Source: Kudoa neothunni (Eukaryota; Animalia; Cnidaria). Taken from it: a stretch of DNA of 63,802 bases. Position numbers and translations under genes: made by a program. Positions 14,201 to 25,268 of this stretch are shown here, one piece after another. The notes beneath the pieces are model-generated. The model was not told where the DNA came from and searched no databases. It saw nothing but the letters and a program-made list of their open reading frames with translations. The DNA is taken from contig OZ199840.1 of assembly GCA_964304625.1 (NCBI GenBank), forward strand, positions 10,051,218 to 10,115,019, written 5' to 3'. The stretch's first letter is position 1. Each line of letters opens with the position of its first letter.

Positions 14201-15168
14201 TGTGATCGTCGAACCATCTGATGGAAAAAAACAAAGGGAGTATTCTGTTAGGACAAGTATTCAGAATAAAAAAGCTTATGTTATAATCATATTATTTAGT
14301 AAATGGTGCTATTTCAATTAAGCATTATTTTGATCGATATAGTGACTTGACATTTGAAGTGGATTTTGAAGGAAAAGATGGAAATTCCAAATGTCCATTT
14401 ATGATTCAGGAAGAAATTGGAGAAAAACAGGAGGGTAAAATTATTACATGGTGTAATGATGATGAAGAATGTTCTACTAATAAATGCATCGTTAATATCA
14501 ATAACTTGTTGAGTGAAAAGGATTATATATTGAAATTGAAGGCAAAAGATCACTCACTCTATAACAAATATAGTATTAAATGTAAATATATGTTTAATTA
14601 TTAAATAATCCTTACTTTCTAATAATATATTTTGCGAAGACTCAAGAATTGGTAAAATGAAAGGGTAATAGAATTCCAGTTATCTATTATATAATAATAA
14701 TTATTTATTTTTAGTAAATTAAATTAAGTAATTTGCGGAAATAAAAATTTATAGAAGGAGAAAACATAAGGAGTGAATATGCCAGCATCGTAATAGAGGA
14801 TATCGTTCAGAAAGTAATACAAATGGTTGAGAACGGGTAAAAACAATTTTTTATGTCATATTTGTAGCATTATATATAGTAAAATTGTTATAATTTAATT
14901 ACCTGAAAAATAACAAAAATTGTAGTTAGTAAAGAAAATCACAACTACGATGCTGCAAAGAATAGTTATTCGTAATTTATATTTATATTTTCGAGTTTGA
15001 CGTTAGATAGGTCTGTTGGAGGTTACATGTAACAGGAAATATATATATTAGTTGTAGATAATCTCTTTTAGATTATATGCAATGATACCCATTGTGGCTT
15101 CACTTTTGGTGGTATTAGGTATAGCTGTTTACAGAAGGAATTCTAAGGACGCTTCTTATGATCTATAA
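8286..15168 (+). CDS. Giant multi-exon type-I membrane protein (~1,950-2,000 aa): three tandem five-exon cassettes of Cys-rich FN3-like modules, stalk, TM helix, short tail
   Basis: Starts MMMMRLSLRQRYFSTIYHVIFTL|VYA (signal-like). About 22 exons splice into one open frame through phase-1 GT-AG introns (e.g. 8353-8391, 8758-8799, 9328-9367, 9695-9735, 10380-10420). Repeated C..C-x5-9-C-x3-C plus L-x-P/x-x-T-x-Y motifs. Ends ILYAMIPIVASLLVVLGIAVY-RRNSKDASYDL*. Confidence 0.85.
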
Positions 15169-15253
15169 CGACTACGATTGATTCACCATTCATTACATCA
15201 GTTAACAAATTTTTTTCCAGTTATTTAAAAATTATATTTAAGCTATCTGTCCA

Positions 15254-17929
15254 TCTATTATCTACTTCCTAATATATAAAGTAGTAGGGTTCGTGTGTGT
15301 CAGCAAGTATGCATGTGCGTCAATTTTTTCCTTATAGAGAGACATTTATTAAATTTTTTAAAAATCACAATGTTTAAAAAAATCTTTAAATCGTATTTAC
15401 ACTTCTTAATGTCCCAAAAAGCGTTTAGAAAATTGTGATTTTGTCGATTCAAAACTTTTTTATCGGATTCCTTGAGTTTAACAATAAGATAAAAACCTGC
15501 TTATTACCTACTGATGTTCGGTTGAAGTTAATTTTAACCTTTATATGCTCTATGAAATGTTGATTAACTGCTGCCATCTGGCTTTTTATATAGATCCATT
15601 GTGTAAATTTATGTGTTCGTGCAGGTACAGTTTCTATGTCGGAAGTTTTAACGTATTTGACTTGATAAATATATTTTAAAAGTTCTATTAATGGTTTAAA
15701 ATATAGAGAAAAAATTTATATATGTTTCATGAATAACTAACATATGGAGAACCTTCAAATTACATTGATTGAATCTTTATAATGGAAATACTGCGTCCGT
15801 AGATTTCATCTAGATAGTCCGCAAAGTTTAATTTTTCGTTATTAGATTCAATGCGGATGGTTGTATTTTTATTTCACTCAATTATATTATATTATATTAT
15901 TTGTGTTGGTATATGCGCGGTTTGTGGTTTTTTATTGGAAAAAGCGCATTAAAGTGTTTACGGACCAAAGAATATTAATTTGAGTAATATCAGTTTGTTT
16001 TTGTATGTTTTCTTCGATCTCGATTATTTTTTTTATTATTTATCCCTTAAAAAGTTAATAACGCTCACATTTTCCAAGCTAAACCTGAATTCGAATTTAA
16101 AAATCCCCGGCCAAAAAATAACGTATTAGATTGCACTTTAAGAGAATTTAAATAATCTGAGAACAAAAATAAGTGTGATACTGACCTTAAATTATTTAGC
16201 GTTAGTGCCGGGGCCAAGAAATTGTCCATTAAAAACCATAATTAATACACTCCTGCACAAAAACGATCATGATTTAAATTTCAAAATAGACAAAGTATAA
16301 TGCTTAAAAAAATTTGGGTTGACTGCTTCTATGAATCATTTCGAAACAATATTTTTTGGATCGTTATTAAAAACATCTCTATGTGAAATCTTCCTCAAGC
16401 AACGCTGCACAGTGGCAGTTTGAGCAATTTTTTGTAAAAATATAAATTTTTATATTCTCAGAATCTTACATAGTTTATTATTTTTTATCCTGTCGCATAT
16501 CGAGTTAAAAAAGCTCTAAATAAAATAAAATTTCGCGCCAGAAATGAATTTGTTTGATCATATAACATTGTCATTTTTTGTTTTAATAATTTTTATTCAT
16601 TTTAAATTTAACGTTAATGTTTAATATTTTTTATATTCTAATTATAAAATAGAAAATCGGATTAGTTAAATGATTTCAATTTTATTAGGATCTATACATT
16701 GGGAAACCGATTTTGCATACGGCGGATTCTATGTAACATTCTTTGTCATTCACGTTGTTTTTATTTTTTGGCGAGTTACTTTAGTAAGTTTAAAAAAAAT
16801 TTATTTTTAAAATTAAGTTAATTTACGTGAAAGTGCCTTGAGTCCTTAATGATGTAATTAATGAGAGTGCCTCATTGCATTCCAACTGTACATACATAGG
16901 ATTTATATTGTTAAAGTTCATATTGGAGTTTTCATTTTCTTTCGGTACAGATACAAAAAATATTATACATTTTGTAAAATTACGTATATATTCGTTAAAC
17001 AGAATTAATCAATATCTATTCATGTATGTAACCGCAATATCCTGTATATATAGAAACATTTATAAGATTGTGTGCTTTCGAAATCATTAATGTAGAATCT
17101 TTGTCGTTTAAAATATGTTAGTCATTAATGAGATTCCCATCACATTGTTTATGGAAACTTAGATGGTTAATATATTTATGCTATAGCCTCCTAATGTTCT
17201 AAAATCATTAACTGGCTTTGGAAATATCCATCTTAATATAACAACATTCCGTTATATTATAAGGATTAATCATAAGATTATAAGGACGAAAAGAATACGT
17301 TAGAATTGACTCTTACAGGCACAACCAAGAAATAAAGACGATAAAACCAAAATTAATTTTGACATATCATAAATAACCTAAATCTTTAATTAACAACATT
17401 TCTTTCCATAAGCGTATTTAATGAAATCATTGTTGTCTTTCACTAAATTTCTGTTCATTGATTCACCATACATCACATGTATTATGTGCCAATAAACTCT
17501 TAAAATGGTTAATTTTTCCAACATTCACTAAGGCTCTTCATTTAAATAACTATAATTAACCAATGTCGTGAAATATTGTTTACAACCTAATCCTTTTTAA
17601 GCAACCTATAAAGGTTTTCATTTGGAGCTGTAGATGGAATTACCGTTACCAATTAGATCTATTGGACATCATTTTTTATTATTAAAATAATTTCCCAACT
17701 TGCATTATAATGAAGAAAAAATTTCCAAATTGATTATTCATGCATCTCAACTTGAATATTAAAACTAATATGTACAACCGTAGTTTGTGATTTATTTTTT
17801 TGTGTGTAATTTTTAAACATTATATTCTGTTTTCATACTTAAAAAAGAATTAAATGTTTAAAAAATTGACTATTCATGACTTTAACAGTCAGCTTAGCTC
17901 TTCCGAGCACCGCCGGGCTGTCGAGCTAG
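15254..17929 (+). mobile_element. Non-autonomous Helitron-like element (copy H1, with extra internal sequence)
   Basis: 5' TC...atatataaag followed by a GT-rich tract; 3' GC-rich hairpin-like ccgagcaccgccgggctgtcgag-CTAG-t. The first ~1 kb is homologous to the reverse complements of 25269-26374 and 53559-54682. Confidence 0.65.
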
Positions 17930-19949
17930 TTTTGAAAAAAACACATAATTTGAGATTACAAGTTGTTACAATGATGGAATAATGTGAGTTTCTATACGCA
18001 TTCTAAAAACTATGTAAGATGTGTGTAGTGTTTTTAAATAATTAAACGTTTGGGATAACTTCTTAAATGGAAATTTTGTTCCATTGGAATTCCTGAGGTG
18101 TGAAAATTTCTTTTTATCGAATATATCTATTGAGATTGAAATTATATTAGTATTTTCGATAAGTTTCTATATTTGATGAGATAATTTTTTAAATAATGTT
18201 TAAGTTTTTAGTTACCTGATTATTGCCTATCCCCAGACCTTAAGATTAATATTCAAATCAATATACTGTTTTCTTTAGGCTCGCATTAATTTATTATGAT
18301 ATAAAAGCTGCATGAAAATATGCGACACCGCATTCTATACGTAGTTTTAAAATTTATATTCACGATTACTTTTGCGCAAAATACAATCCCCTCTCAATCT
18401 CAATACGTGCCAAGTACGTTAATAAGAAACTATTCGTCTGTTGGATCTAACCGATTTTTTCAAAAAGTTTTCGTTAAACCAAGAATAATTTAATACAAAT
18501 AAATTTGTTTGGCTAATCAAACAGTTCGTATTTTTAAAAAGGGGACACTCCTTAGAGAAAACCAATTGATATTTAAGCATCAGAGTAATTTTTCAAACCA
18601 AAAACATTTTTACATTTTAGACTTAATTTTATTTTGAGAATTTATTTTTATATTTGTGAACCAACAAGTATTTTTGTTAACAAGAAAAGTTTCATTTATT
18701 TAAAAGTCGTGAAATTATGTTAGAATAATGAATACGTAAGTTATCACTCACCGATTATTAAAACCTCATTAACATCCTTTATAAAATTTCAAAAAAGGAG
18801 TAACAATTAATATTTTTATTGCTGACGCACATTAGCTTGATTATATATTTTTTCTTATCGTTTGTAGACTAATCATACATTTTATAACTAGAAGGTTTAA
18901 TGTTTATCGTTAGGTTTTGGAAAGAACTGAAAGTCCTATTTAAATTACTTATTGATTCTGCTTAATAAATAAATGAACATTAATCGTTAATTTAATTGCT
19001 CATAAAATTAAGGTAATTATATTTTTGGTCAATAATGTGTAAAATCTCGAACGTACTCATTAATTTCCTTCAATACCTCTTTTTATATTTGAATGAAAAT
19101 TGTGCGCAATGATTTATTGTTCTAAATCATCACATTGCAAAAATTATGTCAAGCTTTAAAATGTATCAATTTAAATAGAAAAATAAAATTTACAATGATT
19201 AACGTGCTAATTAGATTAACTCTTCCGTAAAATGTCTCCATTCAAAAATAAAATTAAAAGTTAAAATTTTCCATCACATTATACCAAGCAGAGTTGGGCA
19301 TAAAAGCTAGTATTTTATAACGACCACAAAAAAATGGCAACACATCATTGAGGAAAGGAAAGGTATGTTTATGTGTCAACCGATCTATCTTAATTTATCA
19401 ATTATACATTAAAAGAAAGAAAATCTACAATATAATTGATCAATATATGAAGTTATTACATAACTAGATTTTTAACCTAGAAAAAGATGAAATTGATACT
19501 CTAGTGCACATGCACGCGCCAATTTTACTCCGGTAAAACATGCCAGATGGGAAACAAGATTCATAGAAAAGTAAGCATATATTAAATTCAAGAGATTTTG
19601 AATTTGACCCAAAAATATTCAGGATAATTAACAAAAGTCATTGATTAAAATTATTTATAAAGAAATCTCAATTTGTATTAAAATATTCTTAACGTTCCTT
19701 ACAGAATAAAAACGATGTCATATCTAAAGTACAAAAAAATTTTATCGTTTTTAAAAACGGCTTAAAAAATTATGTTGATCATGGGACTCAAATTTAAATG
19801 GCGAATATTCGCCGGAATTAATCAGCAACGCGCCCTCGCCGATTTTAAATGGAGCAGTTGCTGCTGATGCAATAAAGAAAACAATAGAGATAATACAATA
19901 TTATTTGTATAATTATTCTAAACACCAATTATATATACGTGCGATATTT

Positions 19950-21330
19950 TTGACGTAAAAATTGTCATAATAAAGGTGATAATTTCGACATATTGATTTG
20001 TTCATAATTTTCATTGGTTTTTTCATACGTTTTGGAGTTTGGACGTGATAATTGGTAAATTATTTCTTGTTCGGGGATTCTTTGTTGTTCTTTTAACATT
20101 TTTGTGAATTTTTAAATTCCGAAATGATGCTGAGAAAATTTAGAGGTGAAATGTCTGTTAGATATTTCGGTTTAATTTGAAGTCCATTAAACATTTTAAA
20201 ATATCCTAACACATGCATTCCAAGATTCTATTGGAAATTTTGGATTGTAAATAAAGGTTTTTTCAAAATAATTAGAGAATGTTGGCATATTCTATTTTAT
20301 TTGATTTTTCTTATAATTTCATATATTCATCTTCGACATGATGAATGAGAACAAATGCAAGCGAAGTTATACTTTTAATAAAATGTTTAAAGTTATCGGT
20401 TTTTTCCTCATATTCTCCAGAAAAGCCGAGTTTTTGGATTTTTCTATATACACATTGTCAAAAATTGAAAAAAGCATAAATAAACATCACATTTTCATGC
20501 TTTTTTAAAAGTATTGTATTCCTCAATTTCAAAATCGATTATCACATAACTTGGTAGTTCCATCTTACCTTTATCTTTGATTATTTGAATTATTTTGTCA
20601 TATGTTTGTTGTGTTTTGTTGGACGTGAGGGGAAATTTTGTTGAAAACTGAGCCATGAATGACATAAAGTTGGGTAAAATTGTTTGGTGCCACTCTGAAT
20701 GTTCCATCGGCCATCCGATAATTTGATGATTTTAAATGGATTAAATTTTTTTCTGTTGAAAATATTATTATTCGGTTGTTATCTGTAGATCAGGAATCGT
20801 AGAGGCAAAATGGTTCGTTTCGCAACGTTAACAATGAATTGTAATTTTCAGGAACTGGAGAGGTATCGATGTTGTCTCTTTATATTGCAGTCTGAATATT
20901 TTTATATAATGATTTGTTTGATATAATTGGTAAATTATTAATATTTTCGTCAATGAAAACTAGAATATAAACGTTTGATGTTGAATAAACGGTTGTTTTG
21001 GTTACATTTTTGATTTTATCATATAATAGTTGTTTTTTTATATCCTCATTGTTAGTAATACGGTTGTGGAAGTACAATTCATCGATATTGTTTATATTAT
21101 TGAATGGATAAGATCTTAAACTTCCTTTGCATTTTCGAATTTGACATCGACAATATTAAAATTTCTCATTGCTATAATCTTTTAAATAGAAATAACCTTC
21201 GTATAAAAGCATGTCATTTTTTTTTAGATTTAAGTATTTTAAATTCAGGAACGGAATTTTCCGCCATATTTATTATATTGTCGTGTGTAGATGTGGACGC
21301 AACGGATAAATTCCGACAAAAATTTGTCAT
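19950..21330 (-). pseudogene. Mutator-like (MULE) transposase remnant
   Basis: Minus-strand fragments MADGTFRVAPNNFTQLYVIHG (~20715-20650) and VIIDFE..YNTF match the MULE DDE domain pattern; fragmented, ends not defined. Confidence 0.75.
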
Positions 21331-22299
21331 ATTGACTCAAATTATCTAATGATTAAATTATCCAAAGTAATGGATGGATGTCTTACGTCATATTTAACAG
21401 GTTAATCAACATTTCGTTCAAAAATATTAACCATTAAAAATAAAAAAATACATTAGATTTTATATTGTCTTATTTCCTCCATTATGTATTAATTCATTGA
21501 TATTAATTCTTTTATCGATTAAACACGTTTTCAGCGTTCCACAAAGAACGGAACTCTCGCAACATTTCAGTTATGAAATCAAAATAAAAATTACTTTTTA
21601 GAAACGGTTAATTTGTTGAAGTTACTTTAAACATATAGAACCTGCTACCATTAATTATCAAGATTCATCCGACAATGAGTATAAAATTGTCGGAAACTTC
21701 ATTGTTATTAATGTTCAAATATTCCCATTAATTTAGAAATTCTAAATTGATTCTAAAATTTTAAAAGTAATTTAAAAAAATTTAATTTGGTAATCATTTT
21801 AAAAAATTAGAGGTTTTGTTTAATTTTATAAAGTGGAATGTGGACTGACGATTATTTGGAATAGACTGAGAACTCTAAGCCATATTCAAAATATATTTAC
21901 GACTTAAAGCTTTAGTTACTCAAATCATTTTATGTTTATGAATTAACTTATTATATTTTTTAAAAATTGAATTTTGATTATTCAAATAAAACAGCCGTTG
22001 AAATAATCAATAAATTTTTCATGATCGGACAACTTTCGAAGGTATTCTCCCTACGCAATTAATTGGATCATCTACGTTATAATAATTAAAGTAGCGCAAA
22101 ATTTAGAAGCTCATTTTTTAATAACAAATTAGCCCTTATAATTGCATGCATTAAGGTTCGTTATTTTATAGTGCTTTTGATTCCTCATAGATATTTGTAG
22201 TATCGACACCTAATCGAAAAATTTTAACAAAGTATTAACTATAATTTTTAAATGTTTCTAAATTCATTCATTTAAACTCTTTATTATAAACAAGTTATA

Positions 22300-22345
22300 C
22301 TTTCGTTTTATGAATACGTCGGATATTGTAAATAGTAGCGATCTC
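22300..22345 (+). promoter_or_regulatory. Conserved upstream motif of the Kunitz paralogs (putative promoter element)
   Basis: TTC..TGAAT..TCGGA..AAATNG.AACGA-like block found ~70-110 nt before the ATG of all five Kunitz genes. Confidence 0.45.
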
Positions 22346-22413
22346 CTTCAACCACTAAGACAATATATAAGTTTATTTTAATCTTATTTTAAGTCATATA
22401 TAGATTTTTCACT

Positions 22414-23692
22414 ATGATAAGACGTTGTTTTGAATTTATTTGCGTTTTGCAACTTTTGACTCACAATATCACCACATGTACAAAATAATAATATATAAAT
22501 TTCTGATATTCTTTTAGTCAAAGCATTTGATTCTTATAAACTGGACTCCGGTGAGTTCCCTTTTCAACCCGATGGCAGCACCAATGTTACAAAAATCCTT
22601 ACCAGATTCTACGTGAAGGAAGATGGCACTTGCGCAAAGTTTTACTATAAAGGGAGTGGTGGTAATTCCAATAACTTTGGTACTGAACATGAGTGCATGG
22701 ATCATTGTAATTATTATTAACTTTGATAGATTGTTATTTTGTATTTTAGTAAAAGATCTTAGTAAATGGGAAACTCTCCAGGGCTGTAAAGAAGGATATA
22801 TTGCGAAAGGTCCGTGCACCAAGAAGACCATCACTAAATGGGGTTATGCAGCTAGCACTGGAAGATGCACACAATTTGATTATGGTGGTTGCGGTGGTAA
22901 CAATAATCGATTTGGCAATGAAGATGATTGTAAAAGAGCATGCGAAGGTAATATTATTATGAATTAGTATTATTCAATTCTTTTTAGTGGATGATGAAAA
23001 AGCCCCTAATAAATATGATTGTGAACTTCCGCCGAAATATCCCATAAGTGATGAGGTGAAAATTGTAATAGTGAAATCACAAGACGACTCACAAACAAAG
23101 TGTCATTATGCTATAGTTGATAAAGCAGAAACCAGAGGAATATTCCCTTCTTTCAGCAAGTGTCTTTCAACTTGCTATGGTATATTACGTATAATTATGC
23201 ATACAATATTTTATTTTTTAGCAGAAAATGAGCTGATTAATGCATGCAAAAAGCAAGAACCACATCAAGAAAATAGTGGGTCTGATGTGGTTGTAAAGTT
23301 TTACTATGATAATTCGAAAAAAACGTGTTTGACATTCCTTACAAAAGGAACCAATTCAGTATTTGACGGAGAGAAAAATCGCTTCAATACAGAAGAAGAA
23401 TGTATGAGTTACTGCCCAGTTGCTGAAGGTAAAAATATCAAACAAATAAAAAACCATTGATCAAAAATTAGATAAAATAAAAGAGATGACTTATCATGTA
23501 TCAAAGGATATTTGCAATCTAACAGAAGTGCCCGTAGTATCAGGATCACTATCAGGGGTTAATAAATGGTACCACTCTAAAAGTGCCGACATTTCAACGT
23601 GTACAAGCATAACTCATGGGGGAGTTGGAGACATTACAAGCTTCTTTGATACAGAAGCTGAATGCAATGATTTGTGCGGAAACACGGAATAA
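22414..23692 (+). CDS. Secreted five-domain Kunitz/BPTI-family protein K1 (~356 aa, 6 exons)
   Basis: Signal-like exon 1 MIRRCFEFICVLQLLTHNITT. Introns 22478-22517, 22707-22749, 22948-22987, 23180-23221, 23429-23471, all phase 1. Domain 2 is canonical (GPCTK...FDYGGCGGNNNRF...C.RAC); domains 1 and 3-5 are degenerate. Confidence 0.92.
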
Positions 23693-25268
23693 ACCACATT
23701 TAATGTTTATTCTAGTGATTTTATTTATCATGAAAAAATATTATAAACGACCTTCTAAGTATTTTTATTTTCTGTAAATTATTTGGCGTCTTAGATATTA
23801 GATAAAATATAGAATAAAAATGTTGGTATTACCTTTATTATTATATATACTCAATATAATTATTCATATAGGTTTTAAAATATTTTCCGATAAAAATATG
23901 CCATTAATTTTATTAAAAATAAAATTAATAAGCTAAGGTTACATACTTCTTTTAGTACACCAGAAATAATCAACATCCAGCCTGATTTGACAATGACTCG
24001 TTGATCAGTGAACTTAAATGTTGGTTAGTAAAAATTCACATAGTTAATAGTTTTAAGTTTATTTATAAACATTTTAACATTAGGTATATCGCCGATTTAA
24101 CATTTTAAACAAAAAAAATTACATTCACAACGGAGAATAAGATACATTAATTTTAGGTAAAATATCTCCTTGCTCTCATAGAAACAAAAACCTTTATTAG
24201 TTTTGTAAAATTATATATTTTAAACTTTTATCTGAATTATAAATATGCGAAAAAATACAATTGATACATTAAACAAACTATATAATTAGAAACTGTAATT
24301 TTCGACGACTATTTTAAAAAAATTCGACGAATAAAATCGATGCCTATTTACCTGGCGCGTGCACATCATAAAACTTTATTATGCGGCTAAATGTCAATGA
24401 CATAAACATGAATATACTTTTTTATAAACTTTTCCTTTAGAATATAATATTTAAAGTATTCTCATTCGTTCAAACGCTAGTTTCAATGTATAACTTTCGA
24501 GAAAATGCTTTAATTTTGAGAAACTTCTTTTCACGGCTGTAGGTGATAGCGATGTATGCATTAAATTTTAGTCTACCCTAGACAATATGAAATACTTAGA
24601 TTTGTTTAATCTCTAAAATCCAGGACCTATCATTTCATCATTTCTATGGAGTGAGAGTCTCAACAACTCTTTCTGTGGAATTTCACGTTGATCCACGCTG
24701 AAAAATTTTGGTATATTTTTTAGATCAATTTCCTCATTTGAATCTATTTGTTCGGCTATATAATTGTCAAGTCGTGTGCTTTTTCGGTCCTTAATAAAAG
24801 GAGGAATGATCGACAAATTATCTCGATTTAAACCGAACAATGTAGAAATATTTTATAAAATCCGGCGCTTTTCGATGTTTATCATTTTTAATCGAAAATT
24901 CCGGCCTCCATCAGATCTACATATATAAAGTTGTAGTGTCTGTGTGTGTACGCACAAATCTTCACCTTATACAAGGACTTTTTCTACATAGTTATTCTTT
25001 TAGTATATTTCAAAAAACAACAATTGGGGTTCCTAAAATACCCCGTCCGTTCCATAAGGGTTAATATCAAAAATAATTTATTATAATTAATCCAGTCATA
25101 CCTATCATTAAATGTCCAATAAATTTCATAATAATTTTAAAAAAAAAATCAGGATTAATGTCCGAATTAATTATAATTTTTATCGGAAAATGCCGTCATT
25201 ACTTACTTTTTTAACCGAAATAATAGTTGTATTTTAAGTAGTATTTTGCTTTTTATTTTTATATAATA

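Noticed and set aside
8392-14581. Dscam-like mutually exclusive exon array
   Set aside because: Exons repeat as ordered ABCDE units separated by normal spliceable introns and join constitutively in frame; skipping is possible but unsupported.
8391-14604. Series of separate small genes, an operon, or a frameshifted pseudogene as implied by the ORF track
   Set aside because: Every break is bridged in frame by a short GT-AG intron; no alternative genetic code or prokaryotic organisation is needed.
14582-14639. 58-nt intron as a third nested intron or hidden micro-exon
   Set aside because: No internal AG; the alternative donor at 14592 leads to a stop.
17100-17720. Possible PIF1/RepHel helicase remnant inside H1
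   Set aside because: Only faint, frame-broken motif resemblance; not supportable without a profile search.
22514-22834. Recurrent antisense ORFs over Kunitz and membrane-gene exons (also 29259, 50834, 60269, 275, 43914)
   Set aside because: Shadows of conserved sense exons; their recurrence follows from paralogy, and starts and ends are inconsistent.
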